Positions 19,030 through 27,899 of a stretch of DNA of 64,000 bases are shown one piece after another. The stretch covers positions 536,850 to 600,849 of the forward strand of contig CBFICI010000001.1 in NCBI GenBank assembly GCA_965661125.1, given 5' to 3'. The DNA is from Pseudomonadales bacterium (lineage in GTDB: Bacteria; Pseudomonadota; Gammaproteobacteria; Pseudomonadales; GM7GCV1). How positions within the stretch are numbered: the first letter of the stretch is position 1; every line of letters begins with the position of its first letter. The notes beneath the pieces were generated by a model. The model saw nothing but the letters and a program-made list of their open reading frames with translations. It made no database searches and was not told the DNA's origin. The position numbers were made by a program, and so were the translations under genes.

Positions 19030-19829
19030 AGTTCTCCACTACTGCTTGCGGGCGCATCCAGAGTGCGGCTGTACACAGGTTGCTTGGGTGTCGGTCGATC
19101 ATGCCAGGAAACTTTTTTCAGCCGCAAAATCAGCGCCTGCCAACCAATTTGCACGCATGAAGCCAACGACACCAGGGGCGCGCGCACCAACTCTCGAGCC
19201 AATTGCCCATAATCAAATTCCATCAGGTCACCCTGCAAGCCAGTGCCCAAACGCAACTGACCGGCTTTATCCAGGTAATCGATATCCACCTTCAATCTGT
19301 TCTCACCCAGGTGGAACCGAAAACGGTACTGACCGTCTCGCTCAAAAAAGGGAGACACATGAAAATCTTTCTGCGCAAACAACGCGTCTGCGGGCTGGAT
19401 CGGTCGCCCGTCTTCGTGCGCGCAAATATAGCTGTGGCGGTCGCGAAAGGTGTTGTGCACCTCGGCGATAACCGCCCTTAGCTGGTTGCGCGAATCACTG
19501 CAGAACCAGAAGCTGACCGGATTGAATACAAACCCCAAAAAACGGGGCATGCTAAGCACCTGTACGCTTGCGCAGTCGGCATCCAGACCGGCGACAGCCA
19601 GTTGACGCTGCACCCACTGCAGATTTTCACCGCGAACCCGGCCACCCAGATCGCGATCGAGCAAGCACAGGAGTGCCTTGCGGTTATAGCCAAATAGCCA
19701 GTTGCCACGGCGCTGGCCAGACAGGCCGAGCTTGTAAAGGCAGTAGAGCGCCGAGTAACTGAAGGCGTTCTCAACCACAGCCGTGCGTCGGTGCCAAACG
19801 CGGGTGCGAACCAGCTTTACACCGTCCAT
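19026..19829 (-). CDS. DUF1365-family protein
   Basis: 267 aa. The N-terminus (VWHRR...F.Y) and its position between the FAD oxidoreductase and the CFA-synthase-like gene are characteristic. ATGA overlap with the methyltransferase gene. Confidence 0.75.
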   Translation of the reverse strand: MDGVKLVRTRVWHRRTAVVENAFSYSALYCLYKLGLSGQRRGNWLFGYNRKALLCLLDRDLGGRVRGENLQWVQRQLAVAGLDADCASVQVLSMPRFLGFVFNPVSFWFCSDSRNQLRAVIAEVHNTFRDRHSYICAHEDGRPIQPADALFAQKDFHVSPFFERDGQYRFRFHLGENRLKVDIDYLDKAGQLRLGTGLQGDLMEFDYGQLARELVRAPLVSLASCVQIGWQALILRLKKVSWHDRPTPKQPVYSRTLDAPASSSGEL

Positions 19830-19830
19830 A

Positions 19831-21126
19831 TCAGGCTGATTCCCCCTGTTCTTGCCAGGGTGCCTGCACGCCCATTGCCTGTGCTACTGACAGCGCGCTG
19901 CGGGCGCCGTCTTCGTGAAAACCGTATCCGGTCCATGCACCGCAGAACCAAAGGCCATCGCGACCCTGCACGCTGTTCAGGCGTTTTTGCGCGTCCACGG
20001 CCTGACTTGTGTACTGAGGATGGCCGGTATGCCACTCATCGTGCAATAGAGCCGGTTCGGGCTCATGTTCGGGGTTGAGGGTTACCAATAAGGGCTTGGG
20101 GCTAACCAGGCTTTGCAGGTTATTCATCCAGTAACTCATGGAAGTGACCAAATTACTTCCAGACCGGCTCTCTTTCAGATATACCCAGCTTTGCCAGCAT
20201 TTTCGATTTTTTGGCATAAACCGACTGTCAGAATGCAGCAGGACACGGTTCTTTTGATAGCGGATATTGCTTAGCAAATCGAATCGTTCGGCATCCGGGT
20301 CGTCCTTCAGCATATTCAACGCCTGATCCGAGTGGCAGGCAAATATGACCTGATCAAAAGTCTCTTCCCCTGCTTGCTCACCACCCCAACTCAAGCCGAT
20401 TCCGCCGGATTCAGTGCTGACGCCAGTGACGGGCGAATTCAGCCTGAGCTCTCCGTCAAAATCAGCCAGAAGCCTCTGTACATACTCGCGGCTTCCTCCC
20501 TCGACGGTGTACCACTGCTTCCGCCCACTTGCTTGAAGCAAGCCGTGGTTGTCGAAAAAACGGATCAGACTAATAGCGGGAAAGTCGAGAATGCGAGACG
20601 GCGCGGTACTCCAAATGGAGGAAGCCATGGGGATGAGAAAGCGGTCGCGAAACGAATCGCTGTAGTTCTCCTGCTCCAGATACTCGCCCAGGCTCAACTG
20701 CAAGTCTTGTTCAAGAATCCTGACGGCCTCGGACTCGAAGCGTTTAATGTCGCGCAACATTCGCCAATGGCGGGTTGAAAAAACATTTTTCCAGGAACTG
20801 AACACTCGCCAGGAAGGCACCGTGCCGTACTCGTCAGCGCCGTTGTCCAGGCTAACGCCAAAGGACATGCTGCTTTTTTTCACCGGGACGCCCAAACGGT
20901 CAAAAATTCGTGTCAATACAGGGTAAGTTTCATAGTTGAATACGATGAAGCCGGTGTCTACTGCGACTTTCTCGCTACCCTCGCCAACATCCAGTGTGCG
21001 CGCGTGCCCACCCGGGCGGGAATCCGCCTCAAACAGGACAACTTCGTGATCTCTAGAAAGAAGCCAGGAAGCCACCAAACCGCTTACACCTGACCCAATA
21101 ACCGCTACTCGCACAAATATTACCAA
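19831..21126 (-). CDS. NAD(P)/FAD-dependent oxidoreductase (amine-oxidase / desaturase-like, COG2907-type)
   Basis: 431 aa. Dinucleotide-binding motif VAVIGSGVSGLVASWLL...LFEA..RPGGH. Confidence 0.88.
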   Translation of the reverse strand: MVIFVRVAVIGSGVSGLVASWLLSRDHEVVLFEADSRPGGHARTLDVGEGSEKVAVDTGFIVFNYETYPVLTRIFDRLGVPVKKSSMSFGVSLDNGADEYGTVPSWRVFSSWKNVFSTRHWRMLRDIKRFESEAVRILEQDLQLSLGEYLEQENYSDSFRDRFLIPMASSIWSTAPSRILDFPAISLIRFFDNHGLLQASGRKQWYTVEGGSREYVQRLLADFDGELRLNSPVTGVSTESGGIGLSWGGEQAGEETFDQVIFACHSDQALNMLKDDPDAERFDLLSNIRYQKNRVLLHSDSRFMPKNRKCWQSWVYLKESRSGSNLVTSMSYWMNNLQSLVSPKPLLVTLNPEHEPEPALLHDEWHTGHPQYTSQAVDAQKRLNSVQGRDGLWFCGAWTGYGFHEDGARSALSVAQAMGVQAPWQEQGESA

Positions 21127-21190
21127 CCAGTCAAAGCGCCATCCTATAGCCGTTGCAATTAAGCTGCGGTGGCGCTGCTGTTAAGTTGTT

Positions 21191-22639
21191 TTAACGCTGA
21201 ATCGGCAGGCACAGCCTGACACGCAGCCCGGGATGGTTGTCGTGTAAATCAATCCAGCCTCCATGCAGATCGACAATGGCCCCTACCAAACTCAAACCCA
21301 AACCATTACCAGGCGAGTTTCGGCTGTGCTCGGCCCGGTAAAATCGGTTGAACACTTTGGCTTTTTCCTCGTCTGGAATGCCTGGGCCCTGATCAGCAAT
21401 ATCGATTACATACTGGCCCGCTTCGTTGGCCAGGCGCACACTAATTTGTGAATCGCGCGGGCTGAATTTCAAGGCGTTATCAATCAGGTTGGCAAACGCC
21501 TGGAACAAGAGATCGCGATCACAAATCAGTTCGCCCGGGGCGATATCACTGCGAACTTCTACACCACCCTCCTCTGCCAGCGGTATATAAAAATCAACTA
21601 CATCTTCCACCAATTCGCCCAACTCGACTCGCTCGAACTCGCTGTGGCGTTTGCCGCTCTCGATATTGGCTATGCGCAACAGAGCGTTGAAGGTATGCAA
21701 CAGGTGATCGGCCTCGCCGATCAGTTCACGGCTTTTGCCAAGAATCTCCTCATCCTGCCGTTCTTCGGCCACTTGCCCCAGTGACTCGAGATGATTACGC
21801 AACCGGCTGAGGGGCGTACGCAGGTCGTGGGCAATGTTATCTGCAACCCGCCGCACACCAAGTATCAAGTCTTCAATGCGGCTGAGCATTTCGTTAAGCA
21901 AGCCAGCCAGGTTGGCCAGGTCGTCCCAGCGCGAACCCACGTGAATACGCCGTGAAAGATCGCCGGTAATCATAATTTCCCGGGTAGTGCGCGAGATTCG
22001 GTTGATCAGGCTTACCACGTAAGTGCTGACAAAAAAGGAAACGCCAATCACCGCCAGCATAAGCAAAATGGTGACCAATCCCAGGTTGCGCATCAGCTGG
22101 CGCGTCTCAAGGGCGTCCTCGATGTCACGCGCCACCAGCAGGCGGGAGTTGTCAGCAAAGGTATGGATTTTGGCGGCCACGGTGCGCGTTTCTTCAATGG
22201 GACGCGCGTCAATCACGGCGGTGGGTGCTATCTCAAAGAGTATGATGCCTTCGGCCAATGTAGATATTTGCTGGTCTGGCACCAGGATATCCTGATAAAC
22301 CACCCCACCCATAGCGTCGTAGTAGACGTACCAGGTATCCGGATGATTCTGCTGCATATTGTCGAGCACGGTTTGTGCATCAACCAGGTCAAAGGCCAAC
22401 ACTTGCCAGTCTTCAAAGGCATCGATATTGGCATCGATGCCTAATTCGACTTCACGAATCAGGCTGGACTCGTTGAATTGGTTGAGGAAGTAGGCCAGCA
22501 AGGAAACGGCCGTACCCAATAGCACTGTAAAAAACAGTGCCATTTTGAAGCTGGAGCTTCGGGTATAGGCACGGTCAGTTTCAGCCGGCTTCGACGATGT
22601 AACCTGCTCCGCGGACTGTATGGATGAGGGGAGTGTCAA
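21191..22639 (-). CDS. Sensor histidine kinase (two TM helices, HAMP, HisKA, HATPase)
   Basis: H-box AHDLRTPLS, N-box DNALKF and G-boxes DQGPGI / GNGLGLS. The track start overlaps the regulator by 59 nt. The ATG at 22543 (MALFFTVLL) is an alternative start. Confidence 0.9.
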   Translation of the reverse strand: MTLPSSIQSAEQVTSSKPAETDRAYTRSSSFKMALFFTVLLGTAVSLLAYFLNQFNESSLIREVELGIDANIDAFEDWQVLAFDLVDAQTVLDNMQQNHPDTWYVYYDAMGGVVYQDILVPDQQISTLAEGIILFEIAPTAVIDARPIEETRTVAAKIHTFADNSRLLVARDIEDALETRQLMRNLGLVTILLMLAVIGVSFFVSTYVVSLINRISRTTREIMITGDLSRRIHVGSRWDDLANLAGLLNEMLSRIEDLILGVRRVADNIAHDLRTPLSRLRNHLESLGQVAEERQDEEILGKSRELIGEADHLLHTFNALLRIANIESGKRHSEFERVELGELVEDVVDFYIPLAEEGGVEVRSDIAPGELICDRDLLFQAFANLIDNALKFSPRDSQISVRLANEAGQYVIDIADQGPGIPDEEKAKVFNRFYRAEHSRNSPGNGLGLSLVGAIVDLHGGWIDLHDNHPGLRVRLCLPIQR

Positions 22640-23261
22640 ATTCTTTGTCTATTTTTGATCGCAGTCGGCTGATGTGAACATCGATCACATTGGTCTGGGG
22701 ATCAAAGTGATAGTTCCACACGTTCTCGAGCAACATGGTGCGGGTAACAACCTGCCCCTGATGTCGCACGAGGTATTCCAGCAGCTTAAACTCTCTGGAC
22801 TGCAAATCAATCTTTTTACCGCCTCGTGTTACCTTGCGTGCCAGCAGGTCCATTTCGAGGTCGCCAACCGCCAACTTGGTTGTGGGTTGCTCTGCCTCGG
22901 CGTCGTAGCGACGTTTAAGGGCCTCCATACGCGCCAGTAGTTCACTGAAGGCGAAAGGCTTAACAAGATAATCATCGCCGCCTGCCTTAAGGCCAATGAC
23001 CCGGTCGTCCACCTCGCCGAGCGCACTGAGAATCAGCACCGGCACCTTGGCGTTGGCGCCGCGAAGGGTTTTCACGATGGTCAGGCCGTCCAGCTTGGGC
23101 AACATTCGGTCAACCACCAATAGATCGAACTTCTCGGTGGTAGCAAGAAACAGCCCATCTTTGCCATCATAGGAGGCTTCGACCGTATGCCCTTGCTCGC
23201 GCAGCCCTTTGGCTACGTAATCGGATAGCTCTTTGTCGTCTTCGATCAGTAATACACGCAT
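22581..23261 (-). CDS. OmpR/PhoB-family response regulator
   Basis: 226 aa. Receiver domain (MRVLLIEDD, DLLVVDRMLP, KP) plus a winged-helix C-terminus (LTRTMLLENVW...IDVHISRLR). Confidence 0.93.
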   Translation of the reverse strand: MRVLLIEDDKELSDYVAKGLREQGHTVEASYDGKDGLFLATTEKFDLLVVDRMLPKLDGLTIVKTLRGANAKVPVLILSALGEVDDRVIGLKAGGDDYLVKPFAFSELLARMEALKRRYDAEAEQPTTKLAVGDLEMDLLARKVTRGGKKIDLQSREFKLLEYLVRHQGQVVTRTMLLENVWNYHFDPQTNVIDVHISRLRSKIDKEFDTPLIHTVRGAGYIVEAG

Positions 23262-23364
23262 AAATTATAGGGGTATGTAATGTTTGCGTTAATGTCCCGC
23301 AGAAGCTGTTCGGACGCAAGTTAACCTCTGTTCATACACAGGGGAAACTGAGGTCATAACCAAT

Positions 23365-24090
23365 ATGAATTTGCTGCTTTTCGACAAGAACAAACTAAAA
23401 GAGGACGATAGCCTGCTGCTTGAAGGTGCTGCTTTGCGGCATATTCGGGAGGTACTCCGTGCCAAACCAGGGCAGCGCATTCGGGTGGGCGCAATTGATG
23501 GCAATTGCGGTACCGCAAGGCTGGCCAGCCTTCATCAAAATACCGCGCACCTGGACGACATAGAGTTAAGCCGACCCGGGGGTAAGTTGCTCGATGCCGA
23601 TCTGGTACTGGCCCTCCCCCGCCCTAAAATGGCCCGTCGAGTTATCGAAAGTGCGGTGCAGATTGGTTTTCGATCCATTCATTTGATCAACAGCTGGAAG
23701 GTCGACAAGAGCTACTGGCAAAGCAAATACCTGCAGCCAACCGCCCTTCGGGAAACACTGATTCGGGGTGCCGAGCAGGCCGCCGTTACCTGCTTGCCCG
23801 GCATTCATCTGCACCCCCGTTTCAAACCCTTTGTAGAGGATCAGCTGCCGGCCATGCTTGAGGGGCGCATAGGGCTGGTCGGCCACCCGGACAGCAATCA
23901 AGTCTGCCCGGTTGGCATATGCGAACCGTCGCTGCTGGCGGTTGGCCCCGAGGGTGGCTTTACGCCCTATGAATTGGAAATGTTTGCCCGGGCCGGCATG
24001 AAATCTGTTTCGCTGGGTGGCAGAATACTTCGGGTAGAAACGGCACTGCCGCTGCTAAGCGGTAGACTTTACACTTCGCAAAGCACTTGA
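23365..24090 (+). CDS. rsmE: 16S rRNA (uracil1498-N3)-methyltransferase
   Basis: 241 aa. The PUA-like N-terminus and the C-terminal GPEGGF motif are typical of RsmE. Confidence 0.88.
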   Translation: MNLLLFDKNKLKEDDSLLLEGAALRHIREVLRAKPGQRIRVGAIDGNCGTARLASLHQNTAHLDDIELSRPGGKLLDADLVLALPRPKMARRVIESAVQIGFRSIHLINSWKVDKSYWQSKYLQPTALRETLIRGAEQAAVTCLPGIHLHPRFKPFVEDQLPAMLEGRIGLVGHPDSNQVCPVGICEPSLLAVGPEGGFTPYELEMFARAGMKSVSLGGRILRVETALPLLSGRLYTSQST

Positions 24091-24166
24091 TTGACGATCT
24101 GATATAAAATCGGCGCCTGATCAATGGGGGACGAGCCTTTCGGCTCATATTCAGGAAAATAATAAT

Positions 24167-24517
24167 ATGCGTTTAGTTGTACCTTACTACCTGCAAGCCA
24201 TACTGGCAGCCTATCTGGTATGGGGCATTGCCCAAGGCAATGAAGAAGTTATCGACATCGCCGTCATGTTTGCCTGGTGCGGCATCTGCCTTGGCTGGAT
24301 CTGCATTCCCCTGCCTGCGCGGGAATTCTTTTTTGGTCGCACTCGAATACTACCCTTTCTGGTGCTGTTTGCAGTCTCTGCGGCAATGGTGGTCGCCATG
24401 TGGATTGCCGGCTTTCACATCTCTGCCGTCATCTACGCCCTGACCTGGGGTTTGCTGTGGGTGAAAAAGCTGCTGTGGACGCATGAACAGAACAACGCCT
24501 GGATGGTGCAGATATAA
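24167..24517 (+). CDS. Small inner-membrane protein (4 predicted TM helices), uncharacterised
   Basis: 116-aa hydrophobic ORF, followed by a strong intrinsic terminator. Confidence 0.6.
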   Translation: MRLVVPYYLQAILAAYLVWGIAQGNEEVIDIAVMFAWCGICLGWICIPLPAREFFFGRTRILPFLVLFAVSAAMVVAMWIAGFHISAVIYALTWGLLWVKKLLWTHEQNNAWMVQI

Positions 24518-24540
24518 CCTTCCGGAGCAATGCAAAACTG

Positions 24541-24569
24541 AAGCCGCTACCAAATAGCGGCTTTTTTTA
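24541..24569. terminator. Bidirectional rho-independent terminator
   Basis: Stem gccgcta / tagcggc with a 5-nt loop and a T7 run on the plus strand. It is flanked by a short A/T run on the other side. It sits between convergent genes, and the RDD stop lies within the T-run. Confidence 0.8.
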
Positions 24570-25091
24570 TGCCGCGGCTTTGCTCGAACTACGGACATCC
24601 ACCACCCTTGTTTGGGCAATGAAGTCATGAATACATCGGCGGTCTGCGCGGAAGATGAACAGAATATCCAGCAGGCTGAACATGGGCACGAAGCTAAGCA
24701 GCTGAATCAGTGCGTATCGAAGCCCCACCAAACGAAAAAAGGAAGGCACCTTGTCGCTGGCGTCAACCATGGCAATATTCATCATGCGTTTGCCAATTGT
24801 CTGGCCGTAGTACCAAAGCAAATAGCTGTTCAAAACTACCCATACCAGCAGATGGCTGCCCACAAGCGCAAGAAACTGCTCTGGCTGAAGGGTCATGGCC
24901 TCTTCCAGGCTTTGCTCCGGGTCGGAGTTAATCACGCCCAGGGTTAATACCAGGGGTAACGCCAGCAGCCCAACTATGATGTTGTCCAGAATGGCAGCGT
25001 ACAGGCGCGACATGCGTGAGGCCAGCGGCAACGGCTGCATACTGCTGGGCGACTGTTCGCCGGGCGCTGTTTCGGTAGGTAGATCTGACAA
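24567..25091 (-). CDS. RDD-family membrane protein
   Basis: 174 aa. The R...D...D pattern (RLYAAILDNIIV ... DRRCIHDFIAQT) with TM helices. Confidence 0.75.
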   Translation of the reverse strand: MSDLPTETAPGEQSPSSMQPLPLASRMSRLYAAILDNIIVGLLALPLVLTLGVINSDPEQSLEEAMTLQPEQFLALVGSHLLVWVVLNSYLLWYYGQTIGKRMMNIAMVDASDKVPSFFRLVGLRYALIQLLSFVPMFSLLDILFIFRADRRCIHDFIAQTRVVDVRSSSKAAA

Positions 25092-26318
25092 CTAGATAAC
25101 TCCCTGCTTGCGCAATTGGTCGATTTGCCCGCTATCCAATCGGGCCAGTTCTGTCAGCACAGCTTCTGTGTGCTCACCTGTTTTAGGGCCGGGAGAAAGC
25201 TGATATTGCTCTACCCTGCCGTCACTGCCACCCAGCTTGGGCGCATAGGCCGGCATGGCGATTTCTGACTGGTCCATTTTCAGATACCTGATCATATCCC
25301 TGGCACGGTACTGGGCATCCTTGGCGATATCACTGGCATCCAGTACAGGCCCTGAGGGAATACGGGCCTGTTCCAGCACCTGCATACAGTTCTCCAGGCT
25401 GTGAGCGGCACACCATTCACGCAGGGCGGCGTCGATCTCCTGCTCGTGCTCTACTCTTCCCGGATTATGAGCCAGCCTGGGATCCTCTGCCAGATCCGGG
25501 CGCTCGATTGCCCGCATCAGGCGCACAAATATGGAATCGCCATTACCGCCAATTATCAGGTATTTGCCATCGGCGCAGGTATAGGTGTTAGTGGGCACAA
25601 TGCCTGTCAGCGTGGTTCCCGACGGCTGACGCACCTCACCACAACCTGCATACTCGGGAATCACCGCTTCGAGCAGGGTAAACATGGATTCGTACAGAGC
25701 CACATCAACTACCTCGAAGCGACGGTCTTTCCCGCGCTGCAGGGCCATCAGAATGCCAGTAACGGCAAACAGCCCGGCGATGGAGTCGCCAATGCTCAGG
25801 TTGGGCCTGACCGGCACCTCACCGGGAAAGCCGTTGAGGTAGCGAAACCCGCTGAACCCCTCGCAGACAGAAGCAAAACCGGGTTTTTGGCTCATTGGCC
25901 CACTTTGCCCGTAGCCGGACACCCTCGCCAGGCAAAGTGTTGGGTTAATTGCTTCCAGCTCGGCCGGGCTCAAGCCCCAGGACTCGAGCACTCCCGGGCG
26001 GAAATTCTCGATTAGCACGTCAACCTCGCCAATCAGCTTGCGCAATACCTCCCTGCCGCGTTCGCTTTTCAGGTCGAGGGTAACCGATTTCTTGTTGCGC
26101 GCCAGGCTGTACCACCACCAGGAGGTATCACCCTTCATGGAACGCCAACGACGCAAGGGGTCACCGTCGCCCGGCGGCTCTACCTTGATGACCTCGGCGC
26201 CAAAGTTGGCGAGATAGCTACCGGCAAAAGGACCGGCAATCAGCTGCCCAAGCTCGAGAACTCTCATCCCGGCCAGCGGGCCGCTGTCCTGCCCTTTCGT
26301 GTTTACTGATTCGTTCAT
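25092..26318 (-). CDS. Family III CoA-transferase (CaiB/BaiF)
   Basis: 408 aa. The N-terminus (GPLAGMRVLELGQLIAGPFAGSYLANFGAEVIKVEPP) is highly typical. Confidence 0.9.
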   Translation of the reverse strand: MNESVNTKGQDSGPLAGMRVLELGQLIAGPFAGSYLANFGAEVIKVEPPGDGDPLRRWRSMKGDTSWWWYSLARNKKSVTLDLKSERGREVLRKLIGEVDVLIENFRPGVLESWGLSPAELEAINPTLCLARVSGYGQSGPMSQKPGFASVCEGFSGFRYLNGFPGEVPVRPNLSIGDSIAGLFAVTGILMALQRGKDRRFEVVDVALYESMFTLLEAVIPEYAGCGEVRQPSGTTLTGIVPTNTYTCADGKYLIIGGNGDSIFVRLMRAIERPDLAEDPRLAHNPGRVEHEQEIDAALREWCAAHSLENCMQVLEQARIPSGPVLDASDIAKDAQYRARDMIRYLKMDQSEIAMPAYAPKLGGSDGRVEQYQLSPGPKTGEHTEAVLTELARLDSGQIDQLRKQGVI

Positions 26319-26387
26319 TGGTGATTCGCTGCAGCCTGGCGTTGTAATACCTATGATCCCTGCTTTGTACCCCGAGGATCAACTGAA

Positions 26388-26807
26388 ATGGCGTCAAAGG
26401 ACTTCACTTTTGCCAGCTTTGGCTGGCGCTTCCTGTTTGCTTTGCTTCTGGTGTTTCTAACCTACAACCCTTCCGGCTATTCCTATGTGCACTGGCTTCG
26501 CGCCAGCTTGAGCGATTTCACGCCCATTCTGGCCATCGCGGGCGTAGTACTGCTGATTGGCTGGGCCATGTATTTGCGAGCCACCTGGGCGTCGCTGGGC
26601 CCCTTTGGCGCAGTGCTGGCCGTGGCTTTTTTTGGCATTATTGTGTGGCTGATGGTAGACATCGGCATGGTGCAAACCGGCAGCTTACAAGCCATCGCCT
26701 GGCTGGCAGAGTTCATTCTCGCCGGCGTGCTGGCCGCGGGCATGTCCTGGTCACACATACGCCGCAAAATATCCGGCCAATACGATACCGACGAAATGGA
26801 GGGCTAG
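26388..26807 (+). CDS. Small inner-membrane protein (4 TM helices), uncharacterised
   Basis: 139-aa hydrophobic ORF. I do not recognise the family with confidence. Confidence 0.6.
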   Translation: MASKDFTFASFGWRFLFALLLVFLTYNPSGYSYVHWLRASLSDFTPILAIAGVVLLIGWAMYLRATWASLGPFGAVLAVAFFGIIVWLMVDIGMVQTGSLQAIAWLAEFILAGVLAAGMSWSHIRRKISGQYDTDEMEG

Positions 26808-26811
26808 CCGA

Positions 26812-27075
26812 CTAATCCTCTTTTTTTGAAGAGCCACTTTCCATGGCTTTATTCATCACTTCCGTTGTCATGCGCTGGAAGTCTTCCATGCCCTGCAAGC
26901 CAATTGGGAAGAACCGCTTGAACAGGTAGTCTGGCTGACTCATTTCATCCAGCGACTCGAGCATTTTTTCTTCCAGGCGGCTCATCACCGATTCCTGCAT
27001 GGGTTTCATGTCGGGCAAACCCAACATGGTGCGAGCTTCTTCGGGAGTCAGGTCAACGTCGATATTTATTTTCAT
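26812..27075 (-). CDS. Small acidic soluble protein, uncharacterised
   Basis: 87-aa ORF with sensible composition. No motif recognised. Confidence 0.5.
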   Translation of the reverse strand: MKINIDVDLTPEEARTMLGLPDMKPMQESVMSRLEEKMLESLDEMSQPDYLFKRFFPIGLQGMEDFQRMTTEVMNKAMESGSSKKED

Positions 27076-27178
27076 AATCGCCTCGTAACGCTTGAATGAC
27101 TGCCCAGAGCGATCAAGCCAAGGCAGCGTGCTGGCCTACAGTATAAACCGCAACTGTTGCGCTGGGGTGACTATCGGC

Positions 27179-27769
27179 CTACTGGCCCTGACGACACTGG
27201 GCCACACGTCTGGGCACGTTCAGGTCGCCTTCTCCGGCTCCCAGACCCTGCAATACCATTCCAACCTCGGCAAACTCTTCAGCGCTGAGGCCGCCCATGC
27301 TGCAGGTGTATGCAAAGTAGTACTCTACAGATTCACAGTACTGGCCGGAATCGAGCAGGTTACGGCCCACAATGCGCAGGCCATTGATGAGGGCGTCCGG
27401 GTTCGAGCCGGGTTCATCTAGCACCTTCTGAGCGTACTGCGCGGCAGAGTTTGTCTCGCCTAACGAGTACAGCACGTTGGCAAAGTGGTCGTAAACTTCC
27501 GACTTTTCAAAAGCCTGCAGCCCTTCCAGTTCGATTTGCTCAAGAATTTTGAGCGCCAGCAAAGGGTTGGGCTGGGGTTCTTCCTCGCCGAAACCGCGAG
27601 GGAATGCAATGCCTCGGGCAAGGTCGAGTATCTCGTCCAGGCCGTCTCCGATTGCCTGCGGATCCTTCGCCCTTAGATCGGTTATGAGGGCATCCGAACA
27701 GGTCAGCATCTGGGCATGAAGCATACCCGCAACGCCCAGCGACAGGATGGCTGTAATAATTTGTCTCAT
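27179..27769 (-). CDS. Secreted helical (TPR-like) protein, uncharacterised
   Basis: 196 aa with signal peptide MRQIITAILSLGVAGMLHAQ. Confidence 0.55.
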   Translation of the reverse strand: MRQIITAILSLGVAGMLHAQMLTCSDALITDLRAKDPQAIGDGLDEILDLARGIAFPRGFGEEEPQPNPLLALKILEQIELEGLQAFEKSEVYDHFANVLYSLGETNSAAQYAQKVLDEPGSNPDALINGLRIVGRNLLDSGQYCESVEYYFAYTCSMGGLSAEEFAEVGMVLQGLGAGEGDLNVPRRVAQCRQGQ

Positions 27770-27899
27770 TGGTTCCCCCCCTAAGTCTTACTTTTCCAAA
27801 CCATCCGTTTTTATCCTGAAGTGATGTAAGCGTCATGGACAATATGGAAACTTAACAATCAAAGCGGGTGCATAGACCGCCATGAACAAACTCTGATCT

